Origin: Nageia nagi
Taxonomy: Eukaryota > Plantae > Pinophyta
Direction of reading: 5' to 3'
Length of the DNA stretch: 64,000 bases
Assembly (NCBI GenBank): GCA_050084985.1
Contig: JBITNC010000002.1
Coordinates: 9,486,001 to 9,550,000 of the forward strand
A model generated the notes under the pieces. It made no database searches, was not told where the DNA came from, and saw only the letters and a program-made list of their open reading frames with translations. How positions within the stretch are numbered: the stretch's first letter is position 1; each line of letters opens with the position of its first letter. Of this stretch, positions 38,286-52,446 are shown piece by piece. A program made the position numbers and the translations under genes.

Positions 38286-41200
38286 TGCATTAAAATAATA
38301 ATATTTTTTTCTAAGGCTATGTCACACCACCAACTCTCTTGAAGAGTGTGTAGGATTTTGGTTGGTCATATCTTGATAGATTTTTGCATTTACTCTACCT
38401 AGGGAGGATCTAGGTTTTTTATTATGTATAAAACTCACTTTGCACCTTCACCAGCTAAAGCTATCTAAGTGAATAATGAGACTTGTAGTGAAGCATCCTT
38501 GGAATTTCATCCCCAAGGTCTACAGTGAGATAATACGTCTCCTAACTTTGTAATCCCTTTGAATGAATTTCATCATGCCTATACTTGGCTTGAGTCTCAT
38601 ACCCTTATTGGGTATTTCTTAGGTTATATCCCTTTGTATGTAGTTCTTAAGACATGTATTGATCAATACTGACATCCTAATGGCATTAAGGTTGATCATG
38701 TATAGAACCTTACTAAAGGTTTTTTTTTTCATTTTCAATTTTCTAAGCCTAAACAAGTGAAAAAAGTTCTTGATGAAGGGTCAAGCTATATTCATAGCAC
38801 CCTATTGGTTTTTCAATCTTAGTCTAAGGGTTTCTCAATTAATGATTCTTCCTTCTTAGTTGTCCCAGTGTGGGTTGAGTTCCTAGGTATCCCTCTTTCC
38901 ATGTGGCATTTCTTATAGCTTCTCACTACTCAGATTAGCAAGTTTGTGTGTGATGAATCGATTCAGTTCTATTTATCCTATTTACCAAAAGGATGTGTAT
39001 TAAGATTGACCTTGCAAAGTATTTGGAAGAATATATTCATTGTTTGGTGATACCCTACTTCATTAGAGGTTTATTTATGTTAATATCTCAAACACATGTT
39101 ATTGATGTGAATCAATTGCCTATAGAATTAAGGATTGTTCGCTAATTATGGTAGATAGATTTAAAAATAAACTCATTTCCCTTGCTACTTCATTTCCTTA
39201 TCTTGCTCAACCCACAAAGGAATCTCAAGAGGAGTGGTAGATGGTTCCTTTGCATAAGGTAAAAGGTGCTAAATTAGTTAATTTTGGGCAACCATCAATA
39301 AGTTATGCTCTAGCTATAGCTCTCAAACTGACATTGGAAATTAAAGTTCCTCCTCCTACCACTCCTTAGAGTATCAAGGAGTTAAGGGATTCTTCATAGG
39401 AGGATGGTAGTTCTCTAATATCCATCATTGTTCAATAGATAGAGCAAGAAAAGGGTGTTCACACTTGAGGTATGGGTCAACATTCCTATATCCCACCTCG
39501 AGGAAATATGGTACATCAAATGGATAAATGATGTCATACTAGTTATTCAAATAAAGGGATGAAAAGTATTTTCAATAATTCTTTTCAATCTCTTTCGAAT
39601 TTAGAATTGGATCTAGATGCTCATGGAGGTATGCTCTTGTACATTACTGAATGAATTGCTTTTATGGAATGTTTGAGTACTAACAGATCCATTCCAATGT
39701 TACATGGTTCGAGAAGAGATATTTTTCAAGTGTATGGCTTCCCTTATTTTGTGTGTCTAGATGAAGTTAAAGTGGTCAACTTCACATTACAGTCAGCATG
39801 TTCTTCCATTTGGGTGAGCTTCCAAATGAACACCACAAATCACTTGCATGGGAGTGGTGGCACCATCATTCCATTAGAAAATAAATGGAAAAATAAATTC
39901 ATATCATGGGGTACTAATCCTAATGATCATGTGGTGTGGCTATTTATTATTGTGGAGGTAATATATTTTAGAGTCATTAATGTTTATACCTAGAATGATA
40001 CTCTTGTAAGGTGTTAGTTGTGGTAGTGGTGTGCATTGTCACTTCCACATATATTTTGGCTTATGTATGGAGATTTTAATATGGTGAGAAAGGCATCTGA
40101 CAAGATCAGCTCCACTCCTAATAAATGGGACCTTGGGGAGTGAGAGGAATGATTTTTTATAAAACACAAGTTAGGGTTGGTAAACCATAATGGAAAGCTT
40201 TTCTCAAATTATATTTGGTATACATGATTCAATTTTCATTTTGGCCTTGCATGTGTTATCAAATAGCTTTATAGTGCTATGATTTTCAACCATTGAGAAT
40301 TCTCCTTCTCTCAATGGGTACCTTTGACTCTATTTGTAAAAATAATTTTGGGCCTCATCTCCTTTGATCATGCCCCCATTACCTTCAGAATTCAAATTTC
40401 TTCATTACTATAGGGGCATTTCAAATTAGTTCTTCATGAAAACTTCCTTCTTACATAGTGATATCATGCTTTTCCATATCCATAGAGTGTGTACCTTAGT
40501 CCCCTGATCTTATAGGGAATTTGGGTGGATAGATTGGTGGAATGCTATCATCTTTTGTACTTCTATTATTTTATGCAAATTGGGTAATAAAGTTGCTCAA
40601 TTTTGATGCTAATCTTCTGTGACTCTTTGTGTTGAGTGAGGTAAAGCATTTATTCACTTGGAAGTAGATATATTTTGTACACACCTATAAATGCAAGCTT
40701 CCTAGATTAAACATGAGGTTAAACTAATTGAAATTTATGAATCTAAGGGAGCCCATATTAAAGACAAGCTACATTGGCTTAAAATTAGAGACAAGGTTTC
40801 CATGGAATTTTTTTAAAGACTCCATTCTCCAAGACAAGTTACCAAATTTAAAGCTAAATATGATGAAGGAATTTAGTGAACATATCTTCCAAAGATTGTT
40901 AATTCCTTTACCCATCATTACACTCAAGTATTTATGACTCAAACTTACACTTCATAGCAATCTTTAGCTCTCTAGAAGTGTAAATATGTAATTCCTTCTC
41001 TACTCTCTCATTTGCATCGAGTTAAATGTTAGAAGCACTTAACTATTAAGGAGTTAGAGGAGGCTCTTATGTAGATGGAATATGGAAAAAGCTTTAGGAC
41101 TTGATGGATTTTCTTGTGAATTCTATAAAGCATGCATAGATTTCCTTAGCTTCGACCTTCATAAAGTTTACCTTTAGGAAATCTAAGTTGGCTTTCTCAA

Positions 41201-41991
41201 GGAACTCATTAACAAAGGGAATATTATGTTCATCCTAAAGTAAGGTGACCTAAAGATCATCATTAACTAGAGATTGATTACTCTTTTGAATGTTAGTTAT
41301 AATATTATCTCAAAGACCCTTGCATTACATCTTATACCTATCCTTTTGATAATTGTTCATCTTGAGAAAATTAGATTCATTTAGAATCACTACATCCTAG
41401 ATAATGTTATATTCATTTGGGAAGGAATGGAGTGGACTCATTCAACCAAATAATGAGCTCTCTTTATGAAATTTAATTTTGAAAATGTTTATGACATGCT
41501 AGAATGGGTATTTATTCTTTCCATCTTGGAAGCTTTAGGGTTTCACCCTAGATTTTTGACCACTATGAATATCCTATTTAATGATGCTTTTGCTATTATT
41601 TTTTTGAACAATATGTAGACTAAAGCTATAAGGCTTTATTAATATATCTAAAAAGGTTTCTCATTATCCCTATATGTTTATATGCTAGCCAAAGAAGATT
41701 TTAGATATTTTCTTTTCAAGCATTCCAATGAAGGAAAAATCTATGGGATCATGCTCCTTTAGAATCAAGATTAGCTTATTAATGGACACTTTTCAAATGA
41801 TTCTTTTTTAACCATCAATGAGGATGAATAATCCATATCTAATGTAATAAAATGATAACACATTCTATTAGGATTTTGGCTCTAGCATTAAATGGGAAAA
41901 AACCTTCTGCTATAGACAATCCTCTATGGACATGCTAACTTGGTTAGCCAATTATCAATGGAATTGGATTCAACTTGGGGAGGTTTTTAGG

Positions 41992-42672
41992 TGATCCGAA
42001 TTGGATCATGTGTCAAGTTGTCTTTTTAGAAGCAATACTCATTCTAGAGGTATATGTTCTTGGAGACTAACCAAAGATCAAAATATAGAGTTATCTGGCA
42101 TTCAATTTTAGGAAGCTAGTGACATGCAAATTGGTGGTTTTAGGCTACTAACAATGTGCATATTAATGAGTCAATAGGGGCATTTGAAGAGAAAGTGATT
42201 TTTTAGAATACTAAGTAGTTCAGGTTCCTTGGCTAACATTTTAGAGTGTTTTGGAGGCTTATTTAATGGCATATCTCATTCTTGATTTTCAATAGAGAGG
42301 ATTGTAGAGTTTTGGGATTTTAGAATTGCAATAATTTGAAGTAAGACCAAGAGTCATTCTAGAATTGTTGTAGTTTTGATAATGTTTCTTCTTGCTATAG
42401 GATATTACAATAGTGGTAGGATATTGTATTTCCATTGTATTGATGGTATTTATGTAATATTGTAATGTACATAGATAATGAGAAGAGAAGGCTTTAATTC
42501 CATGTTGCATTAGCCCACATTGGGTGAACTAGGGTATATCATTGTGTTCATCTTGTTGTATGTTTGAGATTGCTAGTTTGTGATTTGCATTATGCAATTT
42601 TCAAATTTATATGCAATTTGTATAATAAGTGAGGATCCAAGCATGCTATAAGTATCCAGTGATTATAGATCA
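41992..42672 (+). repeat. 5' LTR of the chromovirus
   Basis: TGATC...GATCA termini; collinear with 55196-55917. Confidence 0.92.
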
Positions 42673-45600
42673 CATGGTATCAAAGCTTGTGTACATCAAA
42701 TTTAGGGTTGGAATTTTAGGTTTTTTAGGCTACCAATGGCATGTTTTTTGATGTTTGGGAGGAGATATCAAAGACCAGAGTTGATTCCAGAGGATCTTAA
42801 GATTGGTCAAAAGAGTAGAGTGATTGAAATGGATAATGCAAAGGAGTAATAGTCTACTATTCATACCATGATGGATGCTAATTTTGAAAGAAGGTTTTGG
42901 GAAATGGAGAATTCTTTAGCTTGTTTGACTGAGTTGTTGGTTACTAGAGCAAATGCAAATGTCAATGAGAGATATCATGATGTAGTTGGAGGACCCAATT
43001 CATAATTTTCATCAAATTGAGTTCCATTCAAGGTGGAGACCAAAGTGGACATTCCTACTTTTGGAGGAGAGGTTGATGCAAAAAAGGTGAATAATTGGTT
43101 AAAATAATTGGAGGTTTATTTTAAAATTCATGATGTTGTAAATAATGTTGATAAAATCTCTTTTGGAAGATTATAGATGAGTGGAAATGATTTAGTTTGG
43201 TGGGAAAGGCATGTAGAAACTCTTAATCATGAACAATTGTCTAAAATATCTTCTTGGAATGAATTTAAGGAGTTGTTAAGAGATGAATTTTATCCATTAG
43301 GACATCATAATAAATAATTGATGAAATGGCAATTCTTTAGAGAACAAAGAGGGAAAAGTATTCAAGAATACACTACAAAATTTAGGAAACAAGATACTTT
43401 GATTGGAATTTCACTAAAAGATCCTCAAAATTTAATGAAGTACATTGGAGGTTTACATAGTCATTTGCAAAAGACTATCATGTTGTTTAATCTTAATAAT
43501 CTTGATCAAGTGTGTGTTCAAGTGCAATACTTAGAGGAGGATGGTAAAGCAAGGATATAATATGATGAATCCAAGAAGACTTCTAATTCAAAGGGAGGAT
43601 AAGAGAAAGGTAAATCTCAAGATAAAGGCAAAGGTAAGTAAGAAACTAAGACCACTAATATTTCAAAGAAAGAAGGTGATGGTAGGCATTGTAGTCATTG
43701 TGATAAACATGGTCATGTTTATGATAAATGTTAGAAATTACATCCAAAATTACATCCATATAAGCATAAGAATAAGGAGAAAACTAATGCTATAGTTGTT
43801 ATATGTAATGATCTTAAGGGAATTTTAGATGTTGATGAGAAAATAAATTGCTTAGCCATTCAAAATGTTGAATAAACTCAATTGCTTAGACATTCAAAAT
43901 GTTGAAGAAACTCAAGACATTGAAGAGCAAAAGATTCAATTATTCCTCCTAAAAATCCAAATTAAGAAAATCAATGTAGATTGCATTGTTGATTTAGGTT
44001 CTCAAGCATACTTTATTTCAAAAACTATGGTAAGTAATTTAATATTGGAAACTTTTAATAATCCAAATCCATATCCTTTGGGTTGGGTGCATCGCAATAA
44101 TAGTTTGCAAGTGACTAAGCAATGTAAGTTGAAATTTGCTATTTATGTAAAGTACATTGATGAAGTTGTGGTTGATGTTTTTTCTTTAGACATTTGTGAT
44201 GTTATTCTAAAAAACCCTTACATGTGGGATAGAGATAGTATTTATTACAAAAGATCGAATATATTATGATTGGTGAAAGATGGAAAGATGTTTATAGCTA
44301 GAGCACATAAAAGTAAGAAAAAGCTACCTTTGGTTACTATAAATTAGGTAAAACATATTGTAAATGTTTATAAAACATTTGTTCTAATCATCATGAAAAT
44401 AAGAGCCTCAAGTGAGGTGAATCTCATGCTATCAACAATGTGCAATACTTACTATAGGCCACTAACAACATGCAAAATAAGGGAATAGGTGTAGGATTTA
44501 GTTTAGAAGTTTAATAACTTGTTTGAAGAGGGATAGGAATTACCTCCTATGTGGGATATACAACTTGATATTTAGTTATTACCTGATGCTTTATTTCCCA
44601 ACATAGCTTTATATCAACAATCAATTTTTGAGCAAGGGAAGGTAAGGAGGTAGATTCAGGATTTGGTTGATCAAGGTGTGATAAGACTAAGTATATATGT
44701 AGATGGCTCAAAATGAACCTTTATGTATTTAATAAATAATTTTAATCACTTAACAATGCATTATTTAAAAAGGAATTTATAATGTATAAAAGAAGTGTAG
44801 GCTAATGGATTATACAAGGGGTCAAATCCTATAATAGAAGCATCCCTATATAAAGGCAGGATGTGATTATCATCAAGAGGAGACTAGACAAGGGGCAAAT
44901 TATAGAAGAACCAAGACTTCTATCAACTATAGATTGTATAAAGAATCTTTGTCTAGGGCAAAATCCTTTTGTAAAGTCATGAATCCATTTTTGCTACTTT
45001 TTATCTCTATAGAGGAAGTGCTCCAAATAGTAACCAAAGGGAAAGATTAAACTAGGGCTTATTTTATTATATCCCAAAGATGAAACTTAGTCTAGATAAC
45101 CCTATAATATCTAAATCTGAAGTACAATTTTTGAAGGTTAGGAGAAGTCTTCGAATTAATCTTGAATTGTTTGTTCAAATCCCTCCTCCTAGGACTATAT
45201 GGGATTCTAAATCTTCAAATTCTAGTAAATGAATGTCCATTATTAGAGGGACTCATAATCAATATGCTATTATTGATCTTAGCAACTATGATAATTTGGC
45301 TCCTCATCTAGAACTTTTTGATGATGATGAACTCCTCAATCTTGATAAGATTCCTTATAATGCTTGATCCATTCAACAAATGTTATTTGATAAGGAAAAG
45401 CTACAATTTTTTGGTCATAATAATGCTCCTATTATGGTGAAACTTTTTACTGATGCAAATTTGCTTGATAACTAGTTGGAATCTATAGAATCCAAAAATA
45501 GCTTATTCTATTATGAGTAATTGTAGAAACATTTCCAGCCTATGCATGAAACACATGGCACAGGTAGCATGATCAATTATCACCATGATACGAGTGGCAT

Positions 45601-45912
45601 AGATCCTAATGAACCAGATTTTGAACCAAAGCTTGATGATGAGTTAGAAACACACTGCATGAGGTTGATATTTTTGACAGTGATGACTAATTAGAACTTG
45701 AAGATGAGGATGATGTTTTTGACTATGATGACTAGTTAGAACCTAAATATGAGGATGATGAATCTTACAACAATTTGATCCTTAATCCACATTACTTTAA
45801 TTGAGAGAAGAAAGGTAAGGGTCAAGTTATTTTACCTAATGATAAAATGAAAACTCTCATCAAGCAGCAACTTACTAAAGTTATTAGAGAAAGTTTTAAT
45901 CTAAAACCAACT

Positions 45913-46067
45913 TAGACTCCTGAGGAGCATGAGATTAAGGTAGGTATTATTATGTATATTTGAGAAAACATTGATTGGTATAAACAACCCTAGACTCCTG
46001 AGGAGCATGAGATTAAGGTAGGTATTATTATGGATATTCGAGAAAACATTGATTGGTATAAACAACC
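45913..46067 (+). repeat. Near-perfect 78-bp tandem duplication
   Basis: TAGACTCCTGAGGAGCATGAGATTAAGGTAGG... at 45913 and 45991, about 2 mismatches. Confidence 0.95.
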
Positions 46068-49000
46068 TTCATATGAACAATTAGAAATATTGGTAGGGGT
46101 ATTGTGTGAACTTGAGCAACATAGGGTTTATCATACTAATGAATTTGTTATTTTGAAACATATTCCACTTCAAATATCAAACAATGCACAACAACCTCCT
46201 CCTTCCCCATCACCATCCCAAAGACCAATGTAGGGTTTAACAACATGGTGAGTAGTAAGGATCATCTCCTTTCATGTTTAAAAAGACCCCTCATTGCTAG
46301 GATTCTTGCCAAAATAATCCCTATAAAAAAGAGTATCAAATTTACTAAGTTTGATGGTAAGTAGGATCCTAGGATGCATGTTCATAAATTTCATGAAGAA
46401 GCTATTGAATATATGCATGGTCAAGATTTGTTGGCTAAGTTATTTTACTACAGTTTGAAGGATGAGGCTCTAAAATGGTAGTTTTGACTTCCTAAAAGTA
46501 GCATTTATAGGTATGAGGATTTGATTAGCATAGTTTTGCATGATTATGGTTATAACATTACTAAGAAGGTTTATCTTAAGGACTTGTGTAAAATTAAACA
46601 AATCCTCAACCAATTAGTGAAGGATTTTATAAAGATATGGAAACAAATTGCTAATAAACTCACCATAGATGAACATGAACTCAAGCATATTTTTGTGGAT
46701 GTTCTCTTTCCTATATATAAACTATTTGTCATCTCTAATAATGATATATCTTTAGGAGATATGATTGACACTGTTACTACAAAAGAACCATGCATTAAAA
46801 AGTTGAATCCTATAAAAAATGTTGAGCATACTTCACCTAAAAAATCTATTATTTAAATTCAACCCAAGGTTGAAGCAAGTCATGTTGATCACAAAAAATG
46901 AGGTAGTTCCCCACTCAAACATACTCACCAATTTACTCCTTTGATTGATACTATTGATAATATTCTAAATATATTATTAGATGAGGAATTGATTAAATTG
47001 ACTCCTATTATTAAACCTTAGTTTACTAATGGTATGATTAAAACTTTTCACTATGAGGAATTTTACAATTATCATAGGGTACCTAGTCATCTAACCCAGG
47101 TCTAGAGGATACTTTGTAACCTTATACAAGATTTCATTGATAATGGAGCATTTAAGATCGATCTATATAGATAGGACCTATACATCTAGTTAATACATAG
47201 CTAGGGGTATTCAATAAGCCCTTACCATCTTCATAATCTCAAGGGTGCATTGGTATAGTAAGTATTTCCAATAATTTACATTCTTTTTTAGCTAATACTC
47301 ATTCCTATAGGCATCCTTAGCCAAATAAGAATAGGAACAAAATTGAAAGGCATGGAACCAATGGCATGCATTCTTGCTTTCAAAGTGCTAGTAGCATGAG
47401 GATGACTAGTACAAAAGTGATTCTTTTTATCCCTACCTCTATAAAGTGTATTTGGATGGAAAAAACTCTCAAGGTACATAAAGTTAATCCTTGAGCTCTT
47501 TTTGACATCACAAACAATGTATATTATTAGATAGGTTATTTTTATGTCTTTTTTGCTTTCCTATTCTATGTATTCACTAGTCTAGTGATTTTTCATCTTT
47601 GCATCCATCTTTTCTTTCTATTTTCATAATATAAGGATCCAATTCCTCTCTTTGCATGGAGCCAATGCCATGCTATCTCTATTTTAGGGTGCCAATGTTA
47701 TGGTTTTGCCAAGATAGAATTTTTAAAATTCACTTTTTATCATTCTTAATAATGTGCCTTAGCCTCTAGGCTGATCCTAAGTGTTGTGTTATGATATCTA
47801 TGCTCACATACACCCTCCTAACCTTCACTAATTTCTCCAAGGTATCTTGGTTCCTTCAGGTTATGTATCATTTTAGTTTGTGTGTATGCATTATCATTGT
47901 TATCAGTTATACATAACATAATTTGTGTGTGTTTAGCATGTTTTACTATTAATAAGTCAATTTTTAGATGTATATTTCAAAAGTCAAAATTTGGTACATA
48001 ATAAGTATACATGGGCCTTATCCCTACATCATCCACCCCTATGGGTGGGCACTAGCACCACTACTAGATGTCTCACTTCTAGATCATACTCTCCTACCAC
48101 TAGCTTTAGATATAAACACTCCACCCAATATATCACTCACCATGATTCCATGAGTCTCCAAAACTATCTTGGCCCTCTTATACTTGGATCATAGTTTGGA
48201 TATCTCTAGAGCTTGAGTCATAATCTTATCATGTTGACTTTGCATAAATGCCCACTAATGATATGGTAGGGGCATGATGAGCCTATCCTAGAGACCCTTC
48301 ACTATTTGTGATAATGAAGCCACCTTTCCATCCTACGTTGCAAGTGTAGACCTTGCCATAGCCAACTCTGCCTTCATTAGTTGAAGATGTGTCACCTTGG
48401 CCTCCATAAACCTTACTTTAGCTACCTTAGCCTCCATAGCTAATACCTATGCATATTACACCCCTATCATATCATACATAATACCAATTAGTCTCTCAGT
48501 AGCTACATTAAACTTTTTTGAAGCACTATGAAGAAGAATCTTTCTAACCTAGAGTGGGGGAAACTGTTGCTAGCACCTCTAGTCCCCTTACTAGTGGAGG
48601 ACCATCATGGATTGGATTATATACATTCATATGATCATCCTACTCTGATGGTAGGGTTCATGGATTGGATTATATTGATCTAAAATATAATCTAATTGCT
48701 GGGTTCATGGGAAGGCTCAAGACAAATCTAAAGTTGTAGTCCTCATAGGCCCTCCCCTGATCAACCCCTTATGATCATGCAAGGTAACACATAAGTCTAT
48801 TAGTCCATCCTTTCCACTCATGAATAATAAAAATATGATATTTTGAGTTTGAATCTACTTACCATATGCTCGAATGGTAGACTATAGATATACTCCTATA
48901 GATGACCTATCCTCCTTGTAATCAACCATCAAATACTCCTCCAATCAATGATAACCATCACTCCATAGTATCAGATCCTCTATGGATGTCCTTCCTCTTG

Positions 49001-50524
49001 ATGCACTAAAATGAGATATGGAACAAATGTTCCAATAGTGTGATATTATTGGTATGGTGGCAAACTCAACAAGTTTAGCAAGGAAGTTAACGCTTACTTG
49101 TCAGAGCTCCAAATGGTAAGGGTGTCAAAGTCAAAATGACCTATTTTTACAAATATTTTGATTTTATAGGTTGAATTTGGAGCTATAATTAGAGAAATAT
49201 ATATTTTTTTAGCATACAGTTCTTAAATTCTTATGTGGAGGTCTTATTGGCCTTGTAAAAGTTTTAAATACTTCCTATCCTTTTTTGAATACTAAAAATT
49301 ACCATTTCCATAGCACCAACAATGTTCTCTTCTTTGAGTTATGTGTGCTATTGATGGAATTTGGATGTAATTTATTCTTAGAATTTATTTTAATGACTCC
49401 TACATGTCTTATATAAATATCACTTCATTTGTATTTTTCATTAAAATTTATATTGGGTTTCGGGTGCCAATAGCATGCTATTTAGATGAGTTTCTAATGT
49501 GCCTAGTTTAGTTTCATTAATTGCTAATTTTCCATATGATAATGGATACTTATTTATGATATGCAATTAAAAATGTTGGATTATGTATACTTGATTTTAG
49601 TCATTTGGTAGGGTAAAACTATATCTTTAAGAAGGTTGTTCCTAGGTAGTTGTAGGCCCATGATATTTGCAAGATTTGGTGACATATGAAAGTAATTCTT
49701 AATTGGATGACTTTCTCCACTTATTTTGTGATGTCAATGGTGTACTAACATCAGAGCATTGGAAATATACCAATTCATGAGTTACTTAAATGATTAAAAA
49801 CTCTCCTATACTTATCCTTAATTGAACATTTTTGGCATGAAGATTGGTACTGAAATTATGCTTCCATTGCAAGGTATGGATATTTTATTTCTCTTTTCAT
49901 TTGATATTATTAAGCATGTTAAATTTGAATTTTTGAAGGTTGATATTTTTTACATGAATTTATGCATGCCAAGTGAATAAATCAACATCTATTAGTTGAC
50001 CTAAAGTTGACATGGAGAAATATGTAGAACAATAGGATATTAACTCCCCTTCTAGACTTCACTCTACATTCATTGTTACATTTCTTGCAACTTTGAATAA
50101 CTCTATTCTCCTCCATGTGTTGGTGATTCATTACTATAATTCAAATGATGATGTAATGATGTGACATGTGTTCATGCATGTGACAAGATGGCTTACCTTA
50201 CCCCCTTTTTTAGCATCAACTAGGGGCAATCTCATATTCATCTATAAGTATGGTGAATCAATAGACTTTGGTTAATAGTAGTAAAGATAATTTCATTTTA
50301 TCCAAATTTGAGGACTTGTATGATGTCAAAGACATAGAAGACTATCCACATGGTACTGGTAGTGTACATTGACTTGTTCTTAGGATACTAATGATGTACA
50401 TCCTTTGTGCATAATTAAACTCAAGCTCATAGACCTTTATAGGTTTGAATATTAAGAAATTTCATCATTCCAACTTAATATATTATATTTATTTCATCCT
50501 TGCTTTGTATGGCTAATGTATTCA

Positions 50525-51260
50525 GATCATGGACATAAAAACACATGATCATCAATGGCCATTGATATAGCTAGTAAGAGTTCACTCACTTAAAAGTAAA
50601 TCGATGATGCAACCATAAGCAATTTGTTGACATTAGATCATCTCCAATGGATGATACATTTTGCTATGTATCCACATGGTTTTTGCTTTAAACCCATCTA
50701 AAGCATAATATGTTTGGATCATGGACATACAAATGTATGATTATTGATGGCCAACAAAATGGCTAGTGAACGTTCACTCACTTAAAAGTAAACCGATGAT
50801 GCAACTATGAGTAATTTGTTGATATTAGATCATCTCTAATAGATGATACTTTTTACTATGTATCCACATGGTTTTTTCTTTGAGCCCATCTAAAGCATAT
50901 TTTCTTCTGATCATAGAAATGAAAATGCATCATTGTTGATGGCCAATGAAATAGCTAGTGAGAGTTCACTCATTTAAAAGTAAATCGATGATACAACCAT
51001 TAGCAATTTCTTGACATTGGATCATATCAAATAGATGATACATTTTGTTATGTAACCACATGATTTTTGCTTTTAACCCATCTAAATCATACTATTTTTG
51101 GGTCATAGACATGCAAATGTATGATTGTCGATGGCCATCAATACGACTAGTGAGAGTTCACTCACTTCAAAGATAAATTAGCAATGCAACCATGAGCAAG
51201 ATGTTCACATTGGATCATCTCCAATGGATGAAATAACTTACAATGCATCTATCATGTTTT
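50525..51260. repeat. 192-bp tandem array, about 3.8 copies
   Basis: Units start 50525, 50717, 50909, 51101; shared GTTCACTCA.TT.AAAG and GATCAT.TC.AAT.GATGA. Confidence 0.95.
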
Positions 51261-51809
51261 TATAACTGATATTTCATTATAGGTACATATATTGAGCAAA
51301 ACAAAAGAAAATTATAGTCAAAACCAAGGTGCCACCATCATGCTTACAGTTTATTGGGCCATCAACAGTGTATATTTCATTATCATTTCCACCAATCCAA
51401 AGCATAACCTCTCTTTTTTGAGGCATGGATGTAATTGCAAATGGTTCTTGAGTATTAGACATGATGGAACAACCAAATTCATGATTGAGATAGTATAAAG
51501 GAGGTACATCATACCTTCCATTTCTAACCTTAGATATGGATTTTCATAGTCACCCAATCATCATCCAAGCAAGATTCTTGAAGATAACTTCTTCAACAAC
51601 TTTTTCCTTGGCTACTTTGCTTAAGGATCTTTCCTGGGTCACCCAAGACAAAAGGAGGGCAACACAAGGTCCCTCAACATCAACCATTCATCTTTAGTAA
51701 AAGACAACATCAACAAAAATATCAAAAAAAATTCTTCTATATCTTTGTTACACTTCTTTTTTGGACATGTAATTTCATTGCTTCAATAACACATCCAAAG
51801 AGGGGCAAA

Positions 51810-52446
51810 TGTAGATGCCTCAAAATGAACCTTTATGTATTTATAATTCATTTTAATCCCTTAATAATGTATTATTTAAAATGGGATTTAAAACGTATGA
51901 AATAGATGTAGGCCATATATTTGACCCTTGTGGATTATATAAGGGGTCAAATATTATAATAGAAGCATCCCTATATAAAGGCATTAAATACATACAAAGA
52001 AAGAGCAATGGGACTATCATAAAGAAGAGACTAGACAAGGGTAAGATTATAGAATACCCAACTTCTATCAACTAAAGATTAGATAGAGATCAAGGACTCG
52101 AACATCATTTGTAAAGCAAACCTTTGCAAGGTCTTCTTATCTGTAACAAGTGAATCTCTTATCACAAAGGTTATCATACTTTTGTTATATTGATAAATCA
52201 TTTGTTCATTTATCATTCATCTTTCATTGCATCTTTAACTTGATCATTAACACAACATGTATGATATTGCTTGTTCTTGATGTATGCCTTTCCTTGATTA
52301 ATTGAATATGCATGTTGATGAAATGAACTTATATGCTTAAACATTTGTTATCATATTCTTGCTTTATGTAAACTAACTAATAAACTAAATAGTGCATGTG
52401 TTAATTCCCCTAATTAATTACACTATAATATTATTTAGGGTCTACA
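51810..52446 (+). repeat. 3' LTR of the Tat/Ogre-like element
   Basis: TGTAGA...TCTACA inverted ends; first ~300 bp match 44698 onward. Confidence 0.88.

Larger units (their letters stand above)
44698..52446 (+). mobile_element. Tat/Ogre-like Ty3/gypsy derivative lacking pol, nested at the start of the chromovirus RT
   Basis: Partial 5' LTR 44698-~44978 and 3' LTR 51810-52446 (TGTAGA...TCTACA); TSD ATATA/ACATA; PPT AAAGAGGGGCAAA; removal restores host [12 protein letters not shown]; gag KFDGK*DPRMHV..KLFYYSLKDEALKW and a decayed knuckle YHRVPSH...LIQDFIDNG. Confidence 0.85.

Noticed and set aside
49100-50215. Possible DNA transposon inside the Tat/Ogre-like element (GGTAAGG...CCTTACC)
   Set aside because: Only a 7-bp inverted match, no TSD, no transposase.
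50525-51260. CRISPR-like array
   Set aside because: Whole units are homologous with no unique spacers; eukaryotic context.
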